The position numbers and the translations under genes were made by a program. A stretch of 64,000 nt of DNA from Antedon mediterranea (taxonomy: Eukaryota; Animalia; Echinodermata): positions 19,738,101 through 19,802,100 of the forward strand of contig NC_092677.1 of assembly GCF_964355755.1 (NCBI RefSeq), written 5' to 3'. The notes under the pieces are model-generated. The model was not told the DNA's origin. It ran no database searches and saw only the letters and a program-made list of their open reading frames with translations. Numbering within the stretch: the stretch's first letter is position 1; each line of letters begins with the position of its first letter. Shown piece by piece: positions 25,892 through 38,209 of this stretch.

Positions 25892-28800
25892 TTAGCCTAC
25901 AAATTCACTTGCATACCAGTCAGGTACAAATATATCATCCACTTTGCCTTCCCTGTAAGTAACCGTCTTGCCACCAGGAGTACGTTCAAATAAATATACA
26001 ACCCTAAAAGAAAAGCCAAAAACAATTTGTCAAACAGTTGTCAATAACCCTATACGCATCATTCAAGGTAACGTACAACTAAACTGATCGAAATCAAGAA
26101 GTAAACAGTATGCTAATACAGTATGTAATTAATAATTTTGTGAAGTATAATTAGTGCATAGATTAGGCGGTTAGGTTAAATCTCCTTTCACATCGCATCC
26201 GGATTCGTTGACCGAATCAGGTACGGATTCAATCGTACGATTTTGTTGTGAAGGATCCCATTTCACCATTGAACCTATTTTCCATGATATTTCATCAGCA
26301 CTCTGGACTGAATCCGGCAGCCATGTGAAAGCAACTTAAGGGTTAGGATTATGGTATTATATCAAAGTGATACATGTGATGCTGTATTACCAACATTCCT
26401 ATGATACTGGACAAATGTAGACATGCCTACCGATAATTGGTTGATGTTTGTGAACTCCATTACAACCTTCAATAAGGATAGTGAATGAATTCGCTAAGGC
26501 CTATAATAAGGTACCCTTGGAAATTTCCTAAATGATGTTTAAAAAAAAGAAGAAATCTATAGAAGAAGCTACATGATTGACTAACTTTGGATCATCTCTT
26601 CTCACTACGTCTTTGACAAATTTTAAGAACTTGTCGCAGAAATTCATACATCCTTCCGGATTCCAAAACAGCTTTGTCTGAAATTATATATAATACAAAA
26701 ATACATAAAGTTGGAAATAGTAAAAACGGACTGTTTTGATATTTAAACAAAATCATTACTACAGCAACACAAGACTGACCATGGATGACAATAGATTACT
26801 GTCTGTATGGTGCTTCTTATGTAGGCCTAACATTTATTTTCAGTATTCGTAACTAAAGTATCTACAGTGAATAGATAAACACACAATATTTGTTTTGAGT
26901 GTGAACACGATAATGCATAAATCACATAATATTAAGACTATCTTAGTGTCGTGTTCTTACATAAAAACACCAGATTAAGGAGTTGTGATGATATATTGTA
27001 ACTGACTATTGCAAGTCAATTACAGAAATCACATTGCATGGAAAAAGTCCCGTCATCAAAGGCAACTAACTTTTGTATTAGATTTTCTCCAGGAAGTTAG
27101 TCCAGGTTTCAAGAATATAGGCCTAAATATAAATTATATATCCAATCCTAGGCTAGGCTAGTAAGTGTCCTGAAACCATAATCAGCATGAAAATTAAATT
27201 TTGTTTTTAAATTTACCTTATTAGCGATTTTAGGTATATCGCAAGTTAAGTACGTCTCCACATCGGCTTGTTCAGCAATACCATGTTCTGATCGAAAGCC
27301 AGCAATGATTTTGGGAATTCCAATCAAAAAAGACTGGGCCCACCACTTTAACAACTTAAAAGGATGTACAAATTTGTGTTTGTTTCTCCCGATTTTGTTT
27401 GTTTTTATTTCCACATAATTAAATGGAGGTTGAAGCTCAGGATCGCTGGTTTCACAGCAGTCGACCTCTGCACTATACATCAAGGAGTGACCCCTTAACT
27501 TAGTACGGACAACGCTGTAGTAAGCTTCGGCTTTATTTATAGGGATAGTAGTATCCGGCCGTTCACCCTCAGCTGTAAACAAAAACAAAAAGTTATGATT
27601 AAACAAATAGTACTGCAGACACTGAATTATATTATTTTCACTGAGTTCGGGTGATTGTGCGTAGAGTTTGCAGCAACAACATGCAAGGGAACTGTAATGT
27701 GCGTGTTTTTTTCACGCTGCTGCTCTAGCCCGCTACGTCACACGAGATGACTCATTAATTAGATGAAATCAAGCAGCAGCTTGACATTTTTGTTAAAATT
27801 GAAACTCCACTATAATTTATAGGTAGCAGCTGCATTTCTGGTATTTATGAGTCCCATGATAATACTGTATTTCGCTGTCAGATAATCATTGAATTATTAT
27901 CAAAACAGTCCATGAAAGTTTTTGTTTGTAATATGATACTTCACACTTGAAGTGACCCCCAGACTTGACCTTAGCAATAAAATAAACTAAATTGAGTCTG
28001 TTTCATATCAACGTTATTCACTTCTGTAACAAAATTCACATTATAGAAAGAGAAAAGAAACGTTTAATTATAACTAAAAAACCACAGACAATTGAAGTAT
28101 TTTTTGCTTTTAATTACATTTTTTTCAGGTAAAATAACTATTATGTGACAATAAAATGACTGAATAAACAATATTTTTCAGAGGGACAATATATCTTTAA
28201 AACTGTTACGTCAATAAGCGAGCAGCGTTTTTTGTAAGAAATATTTCTTGTTTATTTAGTAAGATTCAAAAGAGCTATTACAGTGTGTACACAGTTAACC
28301 AAAATGCTTTTCAATCACATCTTACTACAGATAGACCTGAAACATTTACTTCTGTGTAGACAAGCCTGTCTATTTTTTAGGCATACACATCCTAGGCTGG
28401 TTACTGGGCAGACAAACAGGGGGCATAGCATCTCTAGATTGGCGGATATCTACAAGGTATTGACAAGTTAAGGAAACTTTAAGGGACATCTAAGGTCAAA
28501 ATTAGAAAAAGGAAAATAGACCAAGCTAAGGAATTCACTTAACCTTAAAACCTTTGTGAATAATACCACTGAAGTAAAATCCTTTTTTCTTGATTTAAGG
28601 CAAATATATCATTGGTGAATACAGCCACTGGATTTTGAAATAGAAGTAGAAGGAATCCCTTTTGGATCCACAAGAACATGAATTTTCTTGCTTAATAATC
28701 TTTACGGACATATCATTATAGTTTTCAGTTTTAGCTTAAATGTGTATGAACGAAACTGAACGAAAACATTATTTACATCCTCATTCTATGCAGAAAATTC

Positions 28801-31800
28801 CATGATTAACATCATTTTTGAATTAATATGACTTTTTTTCACAGTGCTTCGAGACATTTCTTTTTTTTGTGTGTTTTTTTTAGCTTTCCAAATTTAATAC
28901 ATTTCTCTCATAAACCAATTTGATTATTCATTGTATTAATTTAGCCAATAAGCCGGAGGGGCAGGGCACATTTAAAAGCCAAATGTCGTCTTAAAACCAA
29001 GAATAACTCAGCATACGAATTCGCGGAATGTAATCAGCAATAAAAATTATCCAAAAAGATGGCTGCAGTCGCGTGCTCAAGTTAGTGTTTACCGACCAGC
29101 CGACCGACATAGTGAGCTGAGAGTCGCGTTGCACTCGACTAAAAATGATGCCTAGACTATGAATATTCAATTTCAAATGTAGATGATGAAATAAGGCTTC
29201 TCTTTAGGTTCCCATGAGGCGTTCTCTTTTTGAACCACCAAGAGTGTCGTTCAGCTTTAAAAAAGTACCATACACAATTAGAAAATAGGTTGATAAATGT
29301 CAACATTGCTTGTAGAGATCAACAAAAAATGAAAATAAAAACCATTTAATTTATGTAATTAGTAGTTATAAAAATAATGTATTTATTTTGCTTAACCAAT
29401 TTCTGATAATATTATACATTTTAATGTAGAAAATAATTAATTTAAAAGTATACATTGTGATATTTCGTAAAAATTATTATTGAATTGAAATTATTATTAG
29501 ATTGATTGCATTTTATTAAAATAATGTAATTGCTTTATGGGACAGCTGAGTGAATTACAAAGTGTTGATCTTGTTTGTCAACATGTCAACGATATCATTA
29601 ATGGCAGCACGGCGGTCTGGATCACGATGGGTGCACTGCTTGCCTATTTCAAGAAGAGGTTTTATATCCAAAATAGCACCCATGACGACGAATATTATTC
29701 CAAGACTATGAATGTCTGATTTAAATGACGGTGGTGAATTGAGGAAATGAAGCTCCGGTGCATGCTCTCTGTGGGAAGACATTGCACTTTCTCTATTTGC
29801 AGCTGGGGTGTTATTCAGCTCAAACATGTCGAATGAAGCGTTCACATGACAGACAGCGCCAAAATCAATAATTTTGGCGCCCCATCTGTCACCATTATGG
29901 TGGACAAGAACGTTCCTAGTAGCTAGATCATTGTGGATGATTCCGTGCGCTTGCATTATTCCAACTCCTTCTGCTATATCTACTGCTATGTGGAGACCTT
30001 CTATGAGACTCAGTTGTGGGTCTTGAAATTTGATGGCTTTAGATAGAGTCAGACTGGAGACGTGTTGGATCTCCCACATACTCAATGACGATCTTCTTTC
30101 TACTTTCAAATAAACCTTTCTTGCAAATGCCATGAACGAATGGGAATAATCTGCATTCTCTTGATAGCATGAGTTGTACACGGGTTTCGAGTGTGACTAA
30201 AAACTCATACATTGGTTGCTTCGATTTGTCCGTTGGGGCCATGCAAGATTTCACAGCAACAATAGTGCCATCTAAAGAAGTCATTCGATATAAAGAGACT
30301 TCGCCGTACGAGCCTTTTCCAAGCGTCACCTGAGAAATAAAAACAATGAGGTTACTTTTTGTTTAGATTTAGATTTATAAATAATTTTCAAAAAAGAAAG
30401 AAAAAGGTTTACCGGTAATGGGTTTAAATCTTCAACTGATAGTATTGGAAGATCTGTTGGTAGTATTGAATCTAACATCAAAAGATGATCCGGGAGACTG
30501 AAGTTATATTCTGATGTTAATATTCCCTGGTCTTGGTACGATACCAATATATTCTGCCACTCTCCGCATAACGAAGACTCGGATGTTTCTTTGTCGTGGT
30601 AATAAATGCACAAATTACTTTGCCATTCTCCGCTGAATGAAGCATTCGACGAAGTGGTGTAACCGTCATAATCATCCGTATCAACAACGGCCAATTCTGC
30701 GTGTTCGATTGCTGCACTTGGTAGGGTGAACAACGAGATGCATCCAACCACACAGAGCTTGGTAAATATGGTACAGAAACCAGTATGCATCAGATGCTGG
30801 TGTTTCATTTAATGTCGTTACACTTTGGTTCCCAACACCATTGCTGTCAGCAAATAGCATCCACATTCTGGCAAGCATTACAAAGATTAATCGGGCTTGT
30901 TCACTTTCAAAGATGATATGCACTGAAGACTGCAAGTGATTGAACGAGACGCTTATAACCAGCTTGTTGTTGTAGATGGCCGATGTTTATGATGGACGAG
31001 TGGTATCGGGTCTGGATGGCAGGAACAACGATCGATAACATAATTCATGGCATGGAGGTTCATGGTATTGGCTTCCAAAGTCAAGTGATGGTTGATCTAA
31101 TAAATAAAGTTCCTATAAAAAGAAAGAACACAAATGTTTATAGCAAGACAATTAGTAAGCTATTTAGTTCATTAATTGATTGTTTGAAAGCAAAGTTTCA
31201 TTAGACGTGGTTTTAAACATTACCTTAATGTTTACTTGTTCATGCTTTGGTCTTAGTGGTATCAGAATCGATGGCGACAATCTAGCTTTTAGGGAATAAT
31301 CCGTATTTTCCAACGGTGTCGTATTCATGTGCTGTAATAAAGAGATTCAAATAAAATATTATTTTAAAAAATAAATATATATTAGTATATATCGGTATCA
31401 AATACATGTTTTATAATGTTGATATTATAATGCCATGCAGGTAAGTACCTTGTGTGACCTGGTATCTAAACTGAAGCAACCATTCCATAAATGGAATGGT
31501 TCGGTACTGATGACATGTTCAGGTTCTCTTTGAAGCCATGTTGCAATGATGCTATTGATAGACACGTTGGTCATCTGGTGGGTTTCAATCGCACAGTGTG
31601 TTTTCATGACAGCTCTTGCATGGACTGAACCAACATTCTTTACCACAGAGTTGGCAAACTGACCTTTAACAACAAGTGGTTGAATGAGTGAGTGCTGGAA
31701 CCGAGTTTATTTCGTTCATGTTGAAACACTTTCTAATGATGTTTAGTGCGGCAATGTGATCAGGTTCTGAATAGGTGTTGGAGATGTTCAGACAGCTGTT

Positions 31801-34800
31801 GTCCAAGATGACCAGAACTCTGGCGTATTCGCTGATTGAGATGTCCAACGTTGGGTCTGGGTTATAACCAATAAAGTCACGTTGGATTTGGTCAAAAGCA
31901 ATACCGTATATCAGTTTTAAAATGATAACACGGATATGCGATGGTATCTTGACCCAAACCTGGTAGCCTGTAGTTGTATCGTCATCATTATCAGGTTTTA
32001 CGGAAGAGAAACAACATCGGAAATACTTGTTAAAGAAAGTATTAAAACGAGAGTGCCTGTTGGTAAATAACATCCAATATTTAAACATTCCTATACCAGA
32101 TTAATGATTGATTCTTTTATTTTATTTTTATTTTAGATGCTTCTCTCATACATTTATGTGTGAAAAAACTAGTATATTTACCTTTTTTTACCACTCCTTT
32201 TAAATAAATTTTTTATTCGTCCGGGCATAATCTATAAGAACAATGTATATAATTGATCTAGGGCCTAATGATATCTAAAATCAAATGATACATAAAATAA
32301 TATTGATTGATATTATATGAATTTATTTATTTAATTAAATGAAATTCTTACCAAAATCAGTTTTCTGGTAACTTGTTGAACTTAAAATTTCTGTAATCAA
32401 TACAAATAATATAAAATATAAAACAGGGGTGTTTTTTAAAAAAAATGGGAAAAATGGTCATGGTCAGATTAGAGTAGGACTCAAGTACAGGAGAGGTGGG
32501 GGGGGGGGCTAGGTTAGGCTAGGATTTTATTGAACAGAAATTACAAAATTTCGGTAATCTTTACTTTTAGTAGATGTGTAAAATATTTGAGTAGGTGTAT
32601 AATATTGAACCTTTATAAATCACTTACACCACATATTTTTAAAGAGATTTTGCCAAATAACCAATAAAAAACACTTACAATTACGAAGAATTTTGTTAAT
32701 GATGCTTACCTTTTGAAGTTCATGTAGCCTATGAGTCGATCTCCATGTCCGTCGTCGCTACAACAAAGTGGCTAGTGTAGATAGAAAACGCACCTGGCAC
32801 GCGCACGCAATGAACCACCGCCCTCTTTGAATTCCGCAACAAAATCTTGTTTTCATTTCATTTATTCGACATCATAAAAAATGTTCTGGGACTCCAAAAG
32901 CAACCCAGTCACCAGAAGAACCTAACTACATAGAATTATTTATCAATATACAATTAATATACATTTTTACAAATTCAAAAACATATAGAAATGGTAAAAT
33001 AAAATGAACGCACACAGGATTTGTATTATGGTATTATAATCAGTACTGAAAACAGAAAGAGAAGAAAGGACAGACGAGTTTTTGAGAGAGGAAGGAAATG
33101 AAGACCAAAGAAAAGGGAAACGATGGATAGGCGAAGATTTAAGTGAGTCTGTACGAGCATAAAAATTCATATTAGCATGGAAACACCCTAAACTGTATAT
33201 CCACAACTGCAGTATCAATCGCTGTCCATTTCTAGTTTTTTATTAGTTAATCATTCAAAATAACCTATTTTAAAGAGTTTAAATGTTTGATTTCTCTCTG
33301 GCTCTGCGGTGAACTTGGTAAAACTTTCAAATGCGAAATAAAACAGTGAAACGCACGTCTTTACGCGGCGCGTAAGCCTATTCAATAATTCCCATGTAAT
33401 AATGACACGCTTTGATTAATAATAATATTGAAAATATGCGTTTTCAGGTAAGAAGATTTCTATATAATATAGTATCTTTACCTAAGTCAGATCAGACTCA
33501 TGGTTATTCACCAATCACACTTAGGCTAAGGGTAATACAGTACTTATAAATTAAGGGAAACACTTATGGTAAATTAAAGTACAACTTTTTTTGGGTTCAA
33601 CATAACAAAAAACCAACCAACATTATGCAAATTTTACGGGTGTATTTTATGAAAATCAGTTTTTTACTTGTTAGAACATGCAAAAGAAGAAATAGAATAA
33701 ATAAATTATGTGGACATAAAGCCTTCTTTTAAATTTTCACAAAAAGTAGATGAAATATTAATACTCATTCGTCAAGTGGAAAACCGGTTTTACATACCCC
33801 GACTAGTAATACATTGCTCAAACTTATATCCAACATACTCCATTCTTCTTTCAATGTCCGTCCTGTTTTCCTCATAAGCTTTTTTCTCTTCTGTTATCTC
33901 TTCACTTATGTAATACGTGCCACCGAACAACATCACGGCCATTTTCCATCCTTCTCGTTTGTATGGTGTGTACAATATTTTCCCCAAATGTCCTCGGCGA
34001 CTTACAAAGTCTGTATTTAAACTAGTAAAAAAGTATACGAATAAAGTTAATCTATATAGGCCTACTTTTAATTAAAATTCTGAAATGAGAGTATTTGGAC
34101 GTTTGCGATCTTATAACAAGGCCATATACATGGCTGCTGTCGCGTGGTCAAATTCGAGATAGTGTTTAACAACCGACCGACCAACCAACCGACCGACATA
34201 GTAAGCTGTAGAATCGCGTACTAAAAATGTTTGCATTAGGCCCTAATTGCACGCACACACAATGTCGCCCGATTCTGTATCTATAATGACTTGTGTTCAG
34301 TATCATAGGCATAATTCTATAATAATACAGACGATCATTGTGTGGCGCCTGTATCATGGAAGGTTAGATTAAGAGTTAGGTTAGGGCATATGATGCATCC
34401 GTCACACGTAAAACACGCCCATTTTTTCTACAATTTCTTAAAGCACTTGAGTTGAAAATGTAATTCATGTCACATGATTGTGATTCATCTGAAATGGAAT
34501 ATTGCTATGACGTCTTATTTGTCATAATAGGCACCTTCCGTTCTGGCTAGGCGGCGGACAGACAGCTATTAAATAATAAAGCTTGCCCAGCTAAAGCTGT
34601 CTACTACACTATCGAACTTATTGTTACAAAAAATGATATTTGTGCACATCACACTTTTTGTCACAGTAGTTTGATAGTGTAGACAGAGCTTTAGAATGAA
34701 TTAACAATGAGGTCTTTGTTTTACATACAGTTTTAATAATACAAACAAAAATCAAAATTATATTTCTTTTTTTTTCTGTTTGTACGTTTTTGATATGGAT

Positions 34801-35475
34801 GAAATATTTCCGAAATAAACTTGAAATTGATTTATTGATATATTTATACTTTAACACAATTGTTTTATACAGTAAATTCAGATTACGGGCCCATAATTTT
34901 ATCAATTTTCGATATATTTTACCTAAAATTTGATGCGAGACTAAAAATGTGATAAAAAGTAAACCAAGCCTATATTTTTTAGATTCTTTTGTCTGTCGTG
35001 GAAAGAATTCAGTGCCCCGGTTAATTCAATAACCAAATGGCACTGGTACTCTTGTTCCAACATTATTAAGTAGAAAACATTCTTATTCTTGTATCGTTTT
35101 CAGAGCGCAAAAATAACCAGCTCGTCGTAATTCGTCTTACCTTTTTATTAGTCTGCTATCATCGTCACCTTTCTTCATCTCTAACTCAAAAAGATTCTTA
35201 TTTTCCGCAATCCATTTTATGATATTATTGATTTTTTTGGTCAAACGATCGTCATGGTTATGAAATGTATCGTAGCCATCTCTCAAATTATATACGCGTC
35301 CCTGACTTCCAGGAGGCGTATACAGGTACTTCAACATTCGGTTATCCATATGCGGTTTGCAATTCTTATCGATTGAAAAACATCCCAATTCTTCTGGAAC
35401 ATAGTCTTTAAAAGGAAACTTATCCTCCTTAACTGGATAGATATTTAATTCCGTCGGAACACCAGCAGCGGCCAT
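25892..35475 (-). CDS. DXO: decapping exoribonuclease DXO (Dom3z/Rai1 family), complete, 5 coding exons
   Basis: Exons 35475-35141, 34021-33798, 27572-27217, 26677-26586, 26003-25892, all GT-AG and phase-compatible. Motifs ELGCFS, FVSRRGHLGKILYTPY..EGW, YVGYKFEQ, YSAEVDC, YVEIKT, KLLKWWAQSFLIGIPKIIAGFR, W.P..CMNFCDKFL.FVK and FVPDWY. TAA at 25894-25892; AATAAA downstream near 25835. Confidence 0.95.
27217..27572 (-). CDS. DXO: DXO exon 3 (catalytic E-x-D and E-x-K motifs)
   Basis: Core of ORF 27148-27606: AEVDC, YVEIKT, KWWAQSFL. Confidence 0.95.
28990..29145 (-). mobile_element. Helentron-associated/DINE-like short element; other copies near 34115-34230 (-) and 52380-52460 (+)
   Basis: Shared CAGCTCACTATGTCGGT(CGGT/TGGT)n..AAACACTA core with a T-rich start in three copies. 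Confidence 0.6.
29555..32090 (-). pseudogene. nested protein kinase (TK/TKL-like, non-RD) gene inside DXO intron 2, disrupted
   Basis: GKGSYG, VAVK, HNDLATRN, DFG, APE and SDIHSLG motifs across ORFs 30039-30329 and 29555-30181, with a frameshift near 30050. Candidate intron about 30330-30412; upstream exon-like blocks (30413-31112, 31224-31333, 31450-32090) carry an in-frame stop near 30987 and a frameshift near 30720. Confidence 0.8.
32850..33220 (-). mobile_element. 3' fragment of a CR1/L2-group LINE
   Basis: YARTDSLKSSPIHRFPFLWSSFP parallels the RT C-termini of the two LINEs in this window (YARTNAFKYS..FPRIW); (ATGAA)n tail near 32850. Confidence 0.65.
33798..35475 (-). CDS. DXO: DXO exons 1 (35475-35141) and 2 (34021-33798)
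   Basis: ORFs 35137-35496 and 33790-33987; RG and GYKFE motifs. Confidence 0.92.
34592..34693. mobile_element. small MITE (AAAGCT.TGTCTACACTATC TIR); related copy at about 40266-40424
   Basis: Inverted ends GCTGTCTAC..ACTATCGAACT / AGTTTGATAGTGTAGACAGAGC; shared CACATCACACTTTTTGTCA core. Confidence 0.6.
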
Positions 35476-36331
35476 TTTGCTAGATAGTAGTACCAAAACA
35501 TACAGTATTTATTACCAAGATTAAGACTATCTGACCAAATTTGTACAGTTTCGATACTCTATAAAAATACATTCCAGGCCTAAATTTGTAATTGCTTTCA
35601 GTGAATGAAGAGGCAGTATCATTAAAAAATGTATTGTCCCCAAAAACATGAAAAATTAAGATTAATAAAATTAGACTTTCCTTAGAAACAAAAGAATTAT
35701 TTCAAAGACAAAATAAACAGTTAAAGTAAATAAGAAAAAAAGAAAAAACAATCATTTTTATATAAAAATATAAAATAATAATAAATAAATAATAATAAAA
35801 TAAAAATAACGATGACTATATACAATAGATTAATAAAAGCTAACAATTTACTCTCAAACAAATTGGGCTGCAATTTATGTCTTGAAATGTTACGTAATAG
35901 CATAACATGATTTAAAAAAAATGAATTTAACGCTTTATACTTGGTATAGTTTGACCTATAAATTAAATATTGTAAGAATAGTCATACTGTAATAACAGAA
36001 AAACAGAAACAGTGTCGAGTCAGGTGACAATGACATTGTAAGTCACGAGTAAAACATTGTACACCATTTTAGGGGTTGTTGGGGGTGGTTGGTTGGGGTG
36101 AAGACATTACTCATATATTCTTTCAAGGGAATGAAGGAGGAATAACTTTAAAAAAAAAGGTTTGTTCTATTTGGACGTATTTTCAACCAACCTTTTCGTC
36201 TTGACAAGAAGTGTTGTGGTCCGTCTGTAGGATCTTCTTAACCGTATTCTATGCACAATTTGTGACACAAGAAAATTGGAAGGCTTTCTTCAAGTGTTGA
36301 ACATTATTGGTTACATTAAAACGATACATAT

Positions 36332-37257
36332 TAATTTTTATATAACACCTATATAAATTCCTGTCATTTGATTGGACGAATGTAGGTCACATGGCGTGCA
36401 ATAGTACGCACTATTCAACGATCGTTAAATAGTACTTTTTGAAACATTTTTGTGTACGAAAAAAAAAACGTCTCGCGGATGAAAAAAAATCTAGTACACA
36501 AATTATCCTATATGATATGGCTATGTACTGTGAAATACAAGAGCGCCACCTGTCGTCTGGTCTCAGTTTCATTTGTAAACACCACCGCGAGATATGCAAC
36601 AGCAGCAGATATTTATGTACGATTTGGACATTATGTACTAATTTCATTCAAAAAGGCATTTCAATTAGCTTTAGATCGTTTTTAGGATTTTGATTAATTA
36701 ATGGGGACATCCCTACAAGACGTGGAATTGTTGAAAAAACCATAATTAGCTTAGATAAGTTCCAATTGTCTGTCGAAGTTTTGCCTTTCAGCCAAGCTAG
36801 TACTAGGCTACTAGACCTAGCCTAGGCCATGCTAGTATTTAGGCTAGGCCTAGCCTAGGCGTTTTAGCCTTGCTAGGCCTAGGATTGTTTGGTCGTTTGT
36901 TGACATAATTAACACAAAAGTAGGTGTGTTTACGAAATCCATATAAATATAACATTTAATATAACATTATTAAAAACCAAATGTTACTGTTTTTAATCAA
37001 TGTGTGTGAATGAAATGTAGTAAGCTTTGGCTAGGGTAGGGCTACCTTTTATTTGATTCAAATAACTAGAATTTATTTAGATGTTATATAAAACAAATAA
37101 TGAATGTTTTGTATTCGTGTAATGGTACAAATAATGGCACTTGGTGAATGATGAAAGGTTATATCAACTCGGCTTTGCCTCGTTGATATAACCTTTCATC
37201 ATTCACCTCGTGCCATTATTTGTACCATTACACTCATAAACATTCATTATTTGTATA
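36332..37257. mobile_element. non-autonomous Crypton-like element with a terminal hairpin of about 170 bp
   Basis: 37086-37257 is a near-perfect inverted repeat around CGGCTTTGCCTCG; 36332-36360 is inverted relative to 37069-37100. Confidence 0.55.
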
Positions 37258-37944
37258 CTATTCTACATTACACTTTTGGAAATTCCAGAATATGAGCAAT
37301 AGGTATGATGAGCACAATTAAAGTATAAAAAAATAAACTTGATGAAGTTATTAATAAAAACTGAAAAGAATATTCCCACCCTGAAAATCGTCTACTATTG
37401 TAACTGTAATTTTTATAGCAAATAAAAAAGACATATTGTTTTAGAGAACCATTAGTATAATAAGTAAATGTATGTTCGGTCGGCGTTTCATGGTTGTATC
37501 AGAATCGGAACCAACAATTAACTCGATGGCCAATGATATCGTATTGCATTGCGATGACTAAAACGTTTTTGAAATTAATGGCAAAAGTGTGGCTACACTA
37601 GAAAATTTATATTTTTGTTTGTAAACTCGGAAAAAGGCAATTTATTTCTTTGCTCGAGTTTTACTAGCGTAGGCCTATACTTCTGCAAACTGGTTTTCTG
37701 CCGAACTGCATGGTTTACAAACTTTTCTTGACAAAACTAGGAGTTGACTAACCAATGTCTGCCAGTGTAGACATACCACGGGGGTGCTGGCTACCACCAT
37801 TACTCTAAAAAACGGAAATTCGACACGTACACAATTGAAGCAAGGCAAGATAAGAGTTCCTTGATCTTATGTATGGCTGCGACAAACACAGTACCACCAG
37901 TACTGTATACATATTCTCCGTGGCGCGCGGCGCGGTGCCTGTTT

Positions 37945-38209
37945 AAGCGTGGTTCCCACTAGCGACGCAACACAAGGACGTAACGCAACGTTAGTGAATT
38001 GACCAATCACAAGCGATGGCTTATTCGCTTGTGATTGCTAACTGTCTGTCTATTGTGTTTTCTTTATTTTTTATTTATTATGACGAGCAATGAATTTCCT
38101 TTTTGAGGATCAATAAAAGTTATCTTATCTTATAACTCCGCTTGTCATTGGTTAAAACGCTTGCGTTGCGTTTACGTCCTTGCGTTACGTTCTAGTGGGA
38201 ACCAAGCTT
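37945..38209. mobile_element. MITE with TIRs of about 45 bp (PIF/Harbinger-like)
   Basis: AAGCGTGGTTCCCACTAGCGACGCAACACAAGGACGTAA / TTACGTCCTTGCGTTACGTTCTAGTGGGAACCAAGCTT in a TTA/TAA context. Confidence 0.75.

Noticed and set aside
30040-30070. Programmed ribosomal frameshift in the kinase
   Set aside because: No slippery heptamer, and other independent lesions upstream make decay or sequencing error more likely.
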